Shown piece by piece: positions 9,240 through 18,702 of a stretch of DNA of 64,000 nucleotides. The notes below the pieces were generated by a model. It searched no databases, had not been told where the DNA came from, and saw only the letters and a list, made by a program, of their open reading frames with translations. Source of the DNA: Candidatus Omnitrophota bacterium (GTDB lineage: Bacteria > Omnitrophota > Gorgyraeia > Zapsychrales > Zapsychraceae); NCBI GenBank assembly GCA_015233115.1, contig JADFYJ010000004.1, positions 70,528 through 134,527 of the forward strand, in the 5' to 3' direction. Within the stretch, counting starts at the first letter, position 1. The number at the start of each line of letters is the position of its first letter. A program made the translations under genes and the position numbers.

Positions 9240-9799
9240 AACCCCTCCCCTACATTCAACATTTTAATTCCTTTGCGCATATAATCAATGGTAGAGCCAA
9301 TGATCAAACCTAAAGCAACATACCAAAATACGGATAAAAACGGCCACTGCAATAAAACCGCCAAAACCGACATGACTTCCGCGAATGTCGTAGCCTTGCC
9401 CCACTTGGTTGGCTTGATCTCAAACACACCATGATAAATACTGACAATGGTCACGCCGAGTATTAAAATTAAATCACGCCCAATCGCCCACACCACCAGC
9501 CACGCCGGAAATTTTACTAAAGGAAGATGATCATTAATAAAATATAAAAACACAAAAGCAAAAATCAAAAGAATTTTATCCGCCAAAGGGTCAAGGATCG
9601 CGCCAGCTTTAGTTTTTTGTTTCCAACGTCGCGCCACATAACCATCGACCAAGTCAGAAATAACCGCAAACAAAAATATACCTAACGCGACATTCAAATT
9701 ATATTCACGTCCCGGACCGTAATCCAAAAGCGCGGCAATAAAAAAAGGCACAGCCAAGATTCGGCAAACGGTGATTTTATTAGCTAAGGTCATGCCCAT
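9236..9799 (-). CDS. pgsA: CDP-alcohol phosphatidyltransferase (PgsA-like)
   Basis: DLVDGYVARR...T..GAILDPLADK. Confidence 0.88.
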   Translation of the reverse strand: MGMTLANKITVCRILAVPFFIAALLDYGPGREYNLNVALGIFLFAVISDLVDGYVARRWKQKTKAGAILDPLADKILLIFAFVFLYFINDHLPLVKFPAWLVVWAIGRDLILILGVTIVSIYHGVFEIKPTKWGKATTFAEVMSVLAVLLQWPFLSVFWYVALGLIIGSTIDYMRKGIKMLNVGEGL

Positions 9800-9800
9800 A

Positions 9801-10139
9801 TCACTTAACCCATTCCAATTTTACATGGTGCAACGGGCATTCTTGGATATTTGGGGCATAGCGTTTGCCGTCTACGGGGCAATATTTTACTTTCACTTCG
9901 CCGTTAAACGAATCAGCCACTTCTTTGACAGCAGATTGTGCTTCAGGATTAGTGCGTAGATTTTTTTCTAAATTTCGCATTTCTTGCGCAGACACAGGTT
10001 TTCCTGCCACAGCGGATGCCACAGCCGTGAGATCTTTTTCAGAGGCGTGGACGTTGTTTAACGGGGAAACAGGCTTACCCGTGGTTGCGCAGCCGCAGAG
10101 ACAAAATACAATTAAAACAAATAATGATTTATTTTTCAT
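9801..10139 (-). CDS. Small lipoprotein with C-terminal metal-binding ribbon
   Basis: Start moved to 10139 (the extension reads through a REP); lipobox LCGC; KYCPVDGKRY...ECPLHHVKL. Confidence 0.75.
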   Translation of the reverse strand: MKNKSLFVLIVFCLCGCATTGKPVSPLNNVHASEKDLTAVASAVAGKPVSAQEMRNLEKNLRTNPEAQSAVKEVADSFNGEVKVKYCPVDGKRYAPNIQECPLHHVKLEWVK

Positions 10140-10176
10140 ACTTTTATATTTTTTAAAAAATATTAGTTTATTTGTT

Positions 10177-10283
10177 GTAGGGGCGATCTCCCGATCGCCC
10201 GTAAACAAAATATTCGCTTTGCCATTATCGAAAAAAAGAAAAAACGATACTTTTGTCGCGGGCGATCAGGAGATCGCCCCTAC
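10177..10283. repeat. Inverted pair of GTAG REP hairpins (10177-10201, 10259-10283)
   Basis: Match to the REP consensus on opposite strands. Confidence 0.9.
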
Positions 10284-10286
10284 GAC

Positions 10287-10342
10287 CATCGTCAATCTTG
10301 TCTTCTCTCTTCTCTCTTCTATCGTCCATCGTCTATCGTCTA
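10287..10342. repeat. Mixed heptamer arrays (TCTTCTC and ATCGTCY) overlapping the lepB stop
   Basis: tcttctc tcttctc tcttct atcgtcc atcgtct atcgtct a. Confidence 0.85.
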
Positions 10343-10924
10343 TTTTATAATCCTGATCCTATCCAACGGCCAATAAATAAATGAGGCTGGGCCGACGATG
10401 TTTTCTACTGGAACATAACCCCAATAACGGCTGTCATGACTGGACTGGCTGTTATCTCCGAGAACAAAAACATGGCCGGATGGAACTTTGACCGCGTTGC
10501 CATTCACGCCATATTGACCCATATCGTAGTAAAAAGTTTTACGGATACGCGGTTCGTCGATAATTTGACCATTGATATAAATAGCGCCATACTTGATTTC
10601 TACTGTTTCACCTTCGAACGCGATCAGACGTTTGATAAAATCACGTTTCGGATCTTCAGGAAATTTAAAAACAATGATATCCCCGCGGTTTAATTTTCCA
10701 TAACCGTGAATGCGCGTTTTAGTAAACGGAATAAGCGGCCCATAGCTCATTTTATTGACCATTAACCGGTCATTAATCAATAACGTCGGGATCATCGAGC
10801 CGCTGGGAATTTTAAACGCCTGGATAAAAAAAGTACGAATAAAAAGCGCCAAAATTAACGCAATGACCGCCGAATCAAACCATTCTTTGCCTTCGGTTTT
10901 AAACCATTGTCTCAAATTGTTCAT
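10340..10924 (-). CDS. lepB: Signal peptidase I
   Basis: IPSGSMIPTL, FIKR, GDN...SHDSRYWG. Confidence 0.97.
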   Translation of the reverse strand: MNNLRQWFKTEGKEWFDSAVIALILALFIRTFFIQAFKIPSGSMIPTLLINDRLMVNKMSYGPLIPFTKTRIHGYGKLNRGDIIVFKFPEDPKRDFIKRLIAFEGETVEIKYGAIYINGQIIDEPRIRKTFYYDMGQYGVNGNAVKVPSGHVFVLGDNSQSSHDSRYWGYVPVENIVGPASFIYWPLDRIRIIK

Positions 10925-10933
10925 ATCAGTCCT

Positions 10934-12727
10934 TTATAATTTTAATACAGCCAAAAAAGCTTCTTGGGGGATTTCTACGTTTCCGACTTGTTTGAGTTTT
11001 TTCTTTCCTTCTTTTTGTTTCTCCCACAATTTGCGTTTGCGTGAAATATCGCCGCCGTAACATTTGGCGGTTACATCTTTACCAGATGATTTGACCCTGG
11101 CACTAGAAATAATGCGGCCGTCGCAAGTAGCCTGAATTCGTACCTCATATAATTGTTGGGGGATTAGATCTTTTAATTTAGTTACTAACGCTAAACCTTT
11201 TTCATACGCGCTGGTCTTATGCACCAAACAAGAAAAGGCGTCGCACACTTTATCATTGATCATAATATCCAATTTAGAAATCTGCGCCGGCTGATAGCCT
11301 TCAAATTTATAATCGATCGAACCATACCCGCGCGTCAACGATTTGATCTTATCATTAAAATCCACAATAACTTCTGACAGAGGAACATCAAACAATATCC
11401 GCATGCGATCCGAAACATATTCGCTGGTGACAAAATTGCCACGTTTCTTTTTAGCCAATTCCATGACAGAATCCATAAATTCAACCGGCGTCATAATCGT
11501 TACCCGAAGATAAGGCTCTTCGATTGATTTTATATTCGACGAGTCAGGAAGATCGTTGGGACTTTCAATAATCCTTTGTTCCCCATTATTATCAATCACG
11601 CGGCACTGGACGTTTGGTGTCGTCAAAATCAAATTTAAATCATATTCACGCTGAAGCCGTTCCTGCACGATATCCATATGCAGCAACCCTAAAAATCCGC
11701 AGCGAAACCCATTCCCAAAAGATTGGGATGTTTCCGGTTCATAGACGAGACTAGGATCGCTCAAACGCAATTTTTCAATGGCTTCACGCAAAGGCATAAA
11801 ATCTTTCGGATTAACCGGATAAACCCCGCAAAACACCATCGGATTCAAATGACGGTAACCCTCTAATGCCGCGGCAGCCGGACGTTCCGTTTCCGTGATG
11901 GTGTCTCCGACACGCACATTCCTAGGCTCATGAACATTGCAGGTAATATACCCGACTTCTCCGGCGGTTAATTCTTTGACTTTCACATCTTCAGGCTTGC
12001 AAATACCGACTTCTTCCACATTGTGATCTTTACCCATATTCATCATGCGGATACGCATACCTGCTCGAACAGTTCCATTCATCACCCGGATATAAACAAT
12101 GACGCCTTTATAGATGTCGTATTTCATATCAAAAATCAAAGCTTGTAAAGGGGCATCATCGACGCCTGTAGGCGCCGGTAAAAACTCGACAATCTTCTCA
12201 AACAAAGTATCAATGCCGATGCCTTCTTTAGCAGAAACCAGCTGGATATGCGTATCATCAAATCCGAATGCTTCCATGACCTGCAATTTCGCATGGTCAA
12301 TATCGACGCTGGCTACGTCGATCTTATTTAACACCGGCAATATTTCGAGATTGTTATCAATCGCCAAATAATAGTTCGCGACAGTCTGCGATTCCACACC
12401 CTGGGTGGCATCGACTAATAACAGGGCGCCTTCGCACGCTTTGAGTGATTTTTCCACTTCATAAGAAAAATCCACATGCCCGGGCGTATCGATTAAATTA
12501 AAAAGATATGTTTGGCCGTCTTTCGCTTTGTAATTAATGCAGACCGCCGAGGCTTTGATGGTGATCCCGCGTTCCCGCTCAAGATCCATGTCATCTAAGA
12601 GCTGATTTTTAAATTTACGTTCATCAATCGCTCCGGTAAACAATAACAGACGATCTGCCAAAGTCGATTTACCATGGTCGATATGAGCGATAATAGAGAA
12701 ATTGCGAATGAGGGATTTATCGTGCAT
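10934..12727 (-). CDS. lepA: Translation elongation factor 4
   Basis: IRNFSIIAHIDHGKSTLADR, GFRCGFLGLLH, KCYGGDISRKRKL. Confidence 0.99.
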   Translation of the reverse strand: MHDKSLIRNFSIIAHIDHGKSTLADRLLLFTGAIDERKFKNQLLDDMDLERERGITIKASAVCINYKAKDGQTYLFNLIDTPGHVDFSYEVEKSLKACEGALLLVDATQGVESQTVANYYLAIDNNLEILPVLNKIDVASVDIDHAKLQVMEAFGFDDTHIQLVSAKEGIGIDTLFEKIVEFLPAPTGVDDAPLQALIFDMKYDIYKGVIVYIRVMNGTVRAGMRIRMMNMGKDHNVEEVGICKPEDVKVKELTAGEVGYITCNVHEPRNVRVGDTITETERPAAAALEGYRHLNPMVFCGVYPVNPKDFMPLREAIEKLRLSDPSLVYEPETSQSFGNGFRCGFLGLLHMDIVQERLQREYDLNLILTTPNVQCRVIDNNGEQRIIESPNDLPDSSNIKSIEEPYLRVTIMTPVEFMDSVMELAKKKRGNFVTSEYVSDRMRILFDVPLSEVIVDFNDKIKSLTRGYGSIDYKFEGYQPAQISKLDIMINDKVCDAFSCLVHKTSAYEKGLALVTKLKDLIPQQLYEVRIQATCDGRIISSARVKSSGKDVTAKCYGGDISRKRKLWEKQKEGKKKLKQVGNVEIPQEAFLAVLKL

Positions 12728-12758
12728 AAATTTTAATTTCAAAATAATATTTTTTTTC

Positions 12759-12783
12759 GTAGGGGCGATCTCCTGATCGCCCG
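12759..12783 (+). repeat. GTAG REP hairpin (single)
   Basis: gtaggggcgatctcctgatcgcccg. Confidence 0.9.
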
Positions 12784-12800
12784 TAACAAAATAATCGCTT

Positions 12801-13469
12801 TTATAAGCCGATATATCTTCTTAATGTTTCTATAACTTCATCAATAGTCAATCTCGACGAATCAATATACACCGCGTCAGGGGCTTGCTTTAAAGGGCCT
12901 ACTTTCCGGGTAAAATCTTTTTGGTCGCGCTCTTCGATTTCCAGACGTAATTTATTAATATCGACGTCCTGGCCTTTTTCTTTTAATTCTTTATAACGCC
13001 TTTGCGTGCGTTCTTCGACAGAGGCATCCATATAAAATTTGTGGGTCGCACTTGGAAATACGACTGTTGTCACATCCCGGCCTTCCGCGACAATACTGCG
13101 GCGTCCGGCAATCTGCCTTTGCCATTCCACTAGAATTTCCCGCACCTGGCCTGCCCGCGCAATATAAAACGTATTGTTTGTCACGTCCAGAGTCCGGATA
13201 TCTTTACTCACATCCTGACCGTCCATGACAACCATAACTCCGGCGGAAACAGCTTTTAAATCCAAAATAGTACGTTTAGCCAATGCCGCCAAAGCATCTT
13301 CATCTTCCAAATTAATTTGTTCCCGCATGGCTTTTAAAGTAATAGCCCGGTACATCGCTCCTGTATCTAAAAAAGCAAATCCCAGCTCTGCAGCCAAACG
13401 TTTCGCGACCGTGCTTTTTCCAGCACCGGCAGGGCCGTCTATGGCAATAACGTAAATGATATTAGGCAT
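12801..13469 (-). CDS. cmk: Cytidylate kinase
   Basis: IAIDGPAGAGKSTVAK, LDTGAMYRA, EGRD. Confidence 0.98.
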   Translation of the reverse strand: MPNIIYVIAIDGPAGAGKSTVAKRLAAELGFAFLDTGAMYRAITLKAMREQINLEDEDALAALAKRTILDLKAVSAGVMVVMDGQDVSKDIRTLDVTNNTFYIARAGQVREILVEWQRQIAGRRSIVAEGRDVTTVVFPSATHKFYMDASVEERTQRRYKELKEKGQDVDINKLRLEIEERDQKDFTRKVGPLKQAPDAVYIDSSRLTIDEVIETLRRYIGL

Positions 13470-13472
13470 ACA

Positions 13473-13580
13473 GGTTGTTGGTTGTTGGTTGTTGGTTGTT
13501 GGTTGTTGGTTGTTGGTTGTTGGTTATTGATTTTAAATCTTTTTATGCAGTTGTTAACCAAAAACTAAAAACCATAAACC
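13473..13580. repeat. Inverted heptamer arrays: (GGTTGTT)7 plus one variant, and an AAAACCA-type arm
   Basis: Seven perfect GGTTGTT at 13473-13521; right arm at 13555-13580. Confidence 0.95.
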
Positions 13581-13590
13581 TTTAAATTTG

Positions 13591-14448
13591 CTAATTTAAC
13601 TTTTCTCTTTTCGCTTTTGCTTTTTCAAACTGCGCCAATAATATTTTTTCGTCTTTGGCAATAATAGCTTGGCGGACAATGGATAATTGTTTGACTATGT
13701 CATCAACGGCTTTGATAATATATTTTCCGTTGGATAAACAAATATCGGCCCACATCTGCGGCGAAGAAGCAGCGATACGGGTTGAATCTTTTAAACCATT
13801 GGCCGCATATTGTAACATCTCATCCGGTACCGCGCCCATCAAACTAAAGGCGGCCATATGCGGTAAGTGACTGATATAGGCCAAAACCTGGTCATGCTGT
13901 TCAGGTTCCATAGTTAAAACTTCCGTGCCCAGTTTGGTCCAAAATAATTTCACTTTTTCGAATGCCGTATGATGAGTGGTTTTGATCGGCGTTAATATAC
14001 ACTTGGCTCCCGTAAATAAACTATCCACGGCGTTTTCTACGCCCCGTTTTTCCGATCCTGCCAAAGGATGGGAGCCGACAAAATTATCAGGAAAAGCCAA
14101 CAGTTTAGCTGCCATATCAACGATATCTGATTTCGTGCTGCCAATATCCGTAATGTAACAATTCTTGCGTAAATACGGATTGATCTTGGGTAAAAATTGA
14201 ATAATCGTTTCAACCGGAGTCGCCAGAATTATCAAATCCGTGTTGCGAATTGCTTTAGCCAGGTCGGTTGTGGCCACGTCGACAGCGCCAATCTTCATAG
14301 CCTTAATCAAAGAAGATTGCTGAAAAGATAAACCGACGACTTCTTTGGCTAATTTGTGTTTCTTGATCGCCAGCCCCAGCGAGCCGCCCATCATACCAAC
14401 ACCAATAATGGTGATTTGGCGGAAAGGCCTGTGAGAAGGTAATATCAT
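13591..14448 (-). CDS. tyrA: Prephenate/arogenate dehydrogenase
   Basis: GVGMMGGS, TDIGSTK, GSHPLAGSE, HD...A.ISHLPH. Confidence 0.95.
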   Translation of the reverse strand: MILPSHRPFRQITIIGVGMMGGSLGLAIKKHKLAKEVVGLSFQQSSLIKAMKIGAVDVATTDLAKAIRNTDLIILATPVETIIQFLPKINPYLRKNCYITDIGSTKSDIVDMAAKLLAFPDNFVGSHPLAGSEKRGVENAVDSLFTGAKCILTPIKTTHHTAFEKVKLFWTKLGTEVLTMEPEQHDQVLAYISHLPHMAAFSLMGAVPDEMLQYAANGLKDSTRIAASSPQMWADICLSNGKYIIKAVDDIVKQLSIVRQAIIAKDEKILLAQFEKAKAKREKLN

Positions 14449-14459
14449 AGTTTGTCCTG

Positions 14460-15476
14460 TCAGATCGTCCGGTCCACAGCGTCAGCTATGCGTTTCAGAT
14501 CTTTAATTAAGTTTTCGAAATTTTTCGGCACTAACGATTGCGGCCCGTCAGAAAGAGCCTCTTCCGGATTATCATGCACTTCCACTAATAAACCATCGCA
14601 TCCAGCTGCCACCGCGGCTTTAGAGACACTGTTGATTAAACCCCATCGTCCGGTCGCGTGGCTTGGATCGACCAAAATCGGCAAATGCGATAATTGCTTA
14701 ACCAGCGGCACAGCATTAATATCCAAAGTATTTCTGGTCATGGTTTCAAAAGTGCGGATGCCCCTTTCGCACAGCATGACATTAAAATTCCCATTAGCTA
14801 AAATATATTCGGCAGACATAAGCCATTCTTTAACCGTTGCGCTGATCCCTCTTTTTAAGATGACAGGTTTGTACGTCGCTCCGACGCCTTTTAACAAAGA
14901 AAAATTTTGCATGTTACGTGCGCCGATTTGCAGGACATCAACGTATTTTGAAACCAAATCGATATCGCGCGAATCCATGACTTCCGTCACTGTTGCCATG
15001 TCAAATTCCTGTCCGACTTCTTTTAAGTATTTCAATCCTTCTTCGCCTAAACCTTGAAAATCATACGGCGACGTACGCGGTTTAAACGCGCCCCCGCGTA
15101 AAATATTACAGCCAGCGGCCTTGACGAACTTAGCAATGCGGCGTAGTCCTTCATAATTTTCAACCGCGCAAGGCCCGGCGATCATGGCGATTTTGGTGCC
15201 GCCGATTTCAATGCCGTCTTTAATTTTAATAACAGTATTTTTAGGTTGAAATTCGCGTGACACTAATTTATACGGTGCTAAAACCGGAATGACTTGTTCG
15301 ACACCTGGAAACACTTCCAATGGCGTGACCCGCAACACATCTTCAGGCCCGATTAAGCCAATAACAGTTTTTTCCACGCCGCGGGATATATTCGCTTTCA
15401 ACCCCAGCTTTTGCGCCTTGTCAACGATATGACTAATTTGCTCTTCAGTAGCGCCGGATTTTAATACTATGATCAT
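14460..15476 (-). CDS. aroF: DAHP synthase, class I-beta, with N-terminal regulatory domain
   Basis: IAGPCAVE, RGGAFKPRTSPYDFQGLG, QIGARNMQNF, DPSHATG. Confidence 0.97.
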   Translation of the reverse strand: MIIVLKSGATEEQISHIVDKAQKLGLKANISRGVEKTVIGLIGPEDVLRVTPLEVFPGVEQVIPVLAPYKLVSREFQPKNTVIKIKDGIEIGGTKIAMIAGPCAVENYEGLRRIAKFVKAAGCNILRGGAFKPRTSPYDFQGLGEEGLKYLKEVGQEFDMATVTEVMDSRDIDLVSKYVDVLQIGARNMQNFSLLKGVGATYKPVILKRGISATVKEWLMSAEYILANGNFNVMLCERGIRTFETMTRNTLDINAVPLVKQLSHLPILVDPSHATGRWGLINSVSKAAVAAGCDGLLVEVHDNPEEALSDGPQSLVPKNFENLIKDLKRIADAVDRTI

Positions 15477-16561
15477 ATGATATCCTTTAATGCCTTAATA
15501 AATTTTTTATTTTCCTGCGCGTTCCCAATACTCACCCGGAAATATTCAGGTTTGCCCCATCCGCTCATATCGCGGACTATAATACCTTTTTTTAAAAGTC
15601 CTTGTGACGCGGCTTTTCCGCCGATAGCTGTTTTAACTAAAATAAAATTCGTGAAACTTTTTATGTGTTCCAGTCTCATGGTGTCAAAACTCGCGTACAA
15701 ATATTTACGCTCCGCATTGATTTGAGTCAAAATCTTTTTGTAATACGCTTTGTCTTTCAAACACGCCAAAGCCGCGGCTTGCGCGATTGAATTCACGTTA
15801 AACGGTTCACGGACACGGCCGATAATGTCGATCAATTCCGCGTCTCCCATCGCATAACCAATCCGCAAACCGGCTAACCCATATATTTTTGAAAACGTGC
15901 GGGCCACCATCAAATTTTTGTATATTTTCAGTAAATTTAACGAATCCGCGTAATCTTTGGCTGAAACAAATTCATAATAAGCCTCATCAATAAAAACTAA
16001 AATATCCGAGCGTAAATTCTTTAAAAAATTTTTTAATTCTGTGTTGCTGATATATTGTCCTGATGGATTATCCGGATTACCTAAAAAAATAATTTTAGTT
16101 TTAGAGGTAACGGCCTCTTTCATAGCTTTCAGGTCATAACGGAAATCAGGCATTAAAGGAACAGCGTTTAATTTTGCGCCTTCAATGCAAGAAGCGATCT
16201 CATAAACTAAAAAAGATGGCTTGGCAAAAATCACTTCATCACCCGGCTGAACAAACGCGCGGACTGCCATAACGATCACTTCATCCGAACCATTACCAAA
16301 AATTAATTGTTCAGGTTTAACTTTTAACTGTTTAGCCAGTTCCTGACGCAAAGCAATGCACCCGCCGTCCGGATAACGGTTGACTGACTTAGCTGCTTGT
16401 GCAATTGCCTTTAAAACTTTCGGCGAGGTCGGGTAAGGATTCTCATTTGAAGCAAGCTTAATTACTTCTTTTAATCCCAATTCCCGTTTAACGTCTTCAA
16501 TGGGACGGCCAGGGACATAGGGTTGAACTTTAAATAAAGTTTGTTTAGCGCGAGTTTTCAT
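15473..16561 (-). CDS. hisC: Histidinol-phosphate / aromatic aminotransferase
   Basis: KLASNENP, GNGSDE, DEAY, RTFSKIYGLAGLRIGY. Confidence 0.95.
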   Translation of the reverse strand: MKTRAKQTLFKVQPYVPGRPIEDVKRELGLKEVIKLASNENPYPTSPKVLKAIAQAAKSVNRYPDGGCIALRQELAKQLKVKPEQLIFGNGSDEVIVMAVRAFVQPGDEVIFAKPSFLVYEIASCIEGAKLNAVPLMPDFRYDLKAMKEAVTSKTKIIFLGNPDNPSGQYISNTELKNFLKNLRSDILVFIDEAYYEFVSAKDYADSLNLLKIYKNLMVARTFSKIYGLAGLRIGYAMGDAELIDIIGRVREPFNVNSIAQAAALACLKDKAYYKKILTQINAERKYLYASFDTMRLEHIKSFTNFILVKTAIGGKAASQGLLKKGIIVRDMSGWGKPEYFRVSIGNAQENKKFIKALKDII

Positions 16562-16577
16562 AATTATATGTGATATT

Positions 16578-16629
16578 GTTGATAGTTTTTGGTTTTTGGT
16601 TTTTGGTTTTTTACTCTGTACTCTGTACT
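16578..16629. repeat. Adjacent heptamer arrays (GTTTTTG)n and (TACTCTG)n
   Basis: gtttttg gtttttg gtttttg gttttt tactctg tactctg tact. Confidence 0.85.
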
Positions 16630-16636
16630 TTCTTTA

Positions 16637-17695
16637 TTAAGCCGGATATGATCCTAAAATTTTCAAATAATTACACATCGCTTCTAATTGTGATAAAGCT
16701 TTTTTTACTTTGGCGTCTTCACGGTGGCCTTCAAAATCCACGAAAAATAAATATTCCCAGGCTTTACGTTTGGACGGCCGCGACTCAATTTTCGTCATAT
16801 TAATTTTATTTTTCGAAAACGGAGTTAACATGGCGTGCAAGGCGCCCACATTATCTTTAATCGAAAACAGGATTGATGTCCGATCCCGTCCGGTTGCTGG
16901 CGCGTCCTCATTGGCGATCACCAGAAATCTCGTCGTATTATGCGCGATATCCTGGATGTTCGGACATAAAACATTGAGACCTTGCAATTCGCCGAGAAAC
17001 TGTGAGCCAATGGCAGCCGCGTGTTTATCTTTTAACGCGTATTGAGCCGCCTCCGTAGTTGAGCCGACTGTAATTTGCTCAGCATAGCTCATATTTTTGT
17101 ATAACCATATACGACATTGGCCGAATACCTGCGGATGAGAATAAATCTTTTTAATCGACTTAATATCCACGGCTTTGGACAACAAATTCTGCGAAATTTT
17201 TAACATGGTTTGACTGCAAATTTTTAATTCCGAATCAGCTAGCAAATCAAACGTATGCGTAACCGCACCTTCGACTGAATTTTCAATCGGCACCACCCCA
17301 TAATCGCACTCTTCATGTTCCACAGCCGTAAACACTTCAAAGATGCTGGCATACGGCGCATATCCAACCATAGTACCAAATTTTTTATTTGCTGCTAAAT
17401 GCGTAAATGACCCTTCATTGCCGAAATAAGCGATCTTTAATTTTTTTTCCAGCGCTAAAGAACTCGACATGATCTCGCGGTAAACTGCTTCAAACGCTTC
17501 GTTGGACATCGGGCCCTTATTCAAGCGTTTAATCCGCTCGTAAACCGCGCGTTCCCGTGCCGGCGAATAAATACTGCATTGATGTTCGGCCTTGTATTGA
17601 CCAACAGCTTTGCTGACTTCAGCCCGGGCGTTTAATAGCGCGACCAGTTTTTGGTCGAGCAAATCAATTTTTTTCCGCAAGTCTGGTAAGTTCAT
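16637..17695 (-). CDS. pheA: Chorismate mutase / prephenate dehydratase (P-protein)
   Basis: N-terminal CM2 domain, GVVPIENS.EG, SHPQ, NTTRF, KIESRP ACT motif. Confidence 0.97.
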   Translation of the reverse strand: MNLPDLRKKIDLLDQKLVALLNARAEVSKAVGQYKAEHQCSIYSPARERAVYERIKRLNKGPMSNEAFEAVYREIMSSSLALEKKLKIAYFGNEGSFTHLAANKKFGTMVGYAPYASIFEVFTAVEHEECDYGVVPIENSVEGAVTHTFDLLADSELKICSQTMLKISQNLLSKAVDIKSIKKIYSHPQVFGQCRIWLYKNMSYAEQITVGSTTEAAQYALKDKHAAAIGSQFLGELQGLNVLCPNIQDIAHNTTRFLVIANEDAPATGRDRTSILFSIKDNVGALHAMLTPFSKNKINMTKIESRPSKRKAWEYLFFVDFEGHREDAKVKKALSQLEAMCNYLKILGSYPA

Positions 17696-17715
17696 ATATT
17701 AATCCTTTTAAAAAC

Positions 17716-17739
17716 GTGACAATGTAACAGTGAGACAAA
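17716..17739. repeat. Octamer array (GTRACA family)
   Basis: gtgacaat gtaacagt gagacaaa, followed by an A-rich run. Confidence 0.75.
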
Positions 17740-17775
17740 ACAAAAATCAAAAAAACCAAAACGACAATTTTGTAC

Positions 17776-17800
17776 CGGGAGGTCAGGAGACCTCCCCTAC
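17776..17800 (-). repeat. REP variant with compensatory stem substitutions
   Basis: cgggaggtcaggagacctcccctac versus consensus cgggcgatcaggagatcgcccctac. Confidence 0.85.
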
Positions 17801-17830
17801 AACAGCATTAATCATTTTTAAACGACATTT

Positions 17831-17930
17831 CGCGCTACTCGCAGGTGCTTCCAACACTACGCGGACATTACGTCCTTGGTCGCGCTGCTCGCAGGTGCTT
17901 CCAGCACTACGCGGACATTACGTCCTTGGT
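17831..17930. repeat. Tandem 50-bp GC-rich direct repeat (2 units, 2 mismatches)
   Basis: cgcgctRctcgcaggtgcttccaRcactacgcggacattacgtccttggt x2. Confidence 0.95.
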
Positions 17931-17931
17931 C

Positions 17932-17956
17932 GTAGGGGCGATCTCCCGATCGCCCG
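17932..17956 (+). repeat. GTAG REP hairpin
   Basis: gtaggggcgatctcccgatcgcccg. Confidence 0.9.
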
Positions 17957-17958
17957 CA

Positions 17959-18702
17959 TCATTCGCTTTTCTCAGCAATCGCTTTTTCTCTGTCACTCGG
18001 TTCCTCGGTTACTTTGTTACTCTCTAAATCTAATTGATCCTGCCTCGCTTCGGCTCGTTCTAATAAATCCGGGAACTCTTCCAGACGCGGCAAATCCTGC
18101 AATGAACGCAAACCAAAGTATTCTAAAAATTGTTTATTGGTGCCATACAAATACGGTTTTCCCGGAGCTTCTTTTCTTCCAACGATTTTAATCAGTTCTT
18201 TGTCCACCAAATGATTAAACACTCCGTCCGAATTAACGCCGCGTAACACTTCTATTTCCGCGCGGGTAACCGGCTGTTTATACGCGATAATGGCCAAAGT
18301 TTCCAACGCGGGCTTTGATAATTTTTCTTTATGACGGGTTTTGTAAAATGCCCGGGCGTAAGACGCGTATTTCGGGTTGCTCAACATCTGATACCCTTCA
18401 GCAATCTCTTTAATAATCACGCCGCTTTCCCGCTGTTCATATTCCGCGATCAAACTAAGTACAGCATCTTTTATCTCTTTAGCACCCACAGCTTCTAAAA
18501 CTCGCTTAAACTCGTTGATGCTAACCGGACGTTCATTAATAAATAAAATCGTCTCAATGACACCTTTGATATGTGCCATTTGCGTTTTAGCTTGTTCCAC
18601 ATCGACGACCGCAGATTGAACTGTCGCTGTTAACGCGTCTAAACTGACTTCCACTTCAGGAATAGCTTCATTTAATTTTTCTTCAGGTGCTTGTTCCATC
18701 AC
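17959..18702 (-). CDS. scpB: SMC-Scp complex subunit ScpB
   Basis: LSKPALETLAIIAYKQPVTRAEIE..RGV, GKPYLYGT...FLEYFGL.SL.DLP. Confidence 0.97.
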   Translation of the reverse strand: MMEQAPEEKLNEAIPEVEVSLDALTATVQSAVVDVEQAKTQMAHIKGVIETILFINERPVSINEFKRVLEAVGAKEIKDAVLSLIAEYEQRESGVIIKEIAEGYQMLSNPKYASYARAFYKTRHKEKLSKPALETLAIIAYKQPVTRAEIEVLRGVNSDGVFNHLVDKELIKIVGRKEAPGKPYLYGTNKQFLEYFGLRSLQDLPRLEEFPDLLERAEARQDQLDLESNKVTEEPSDREKAIAEKSE

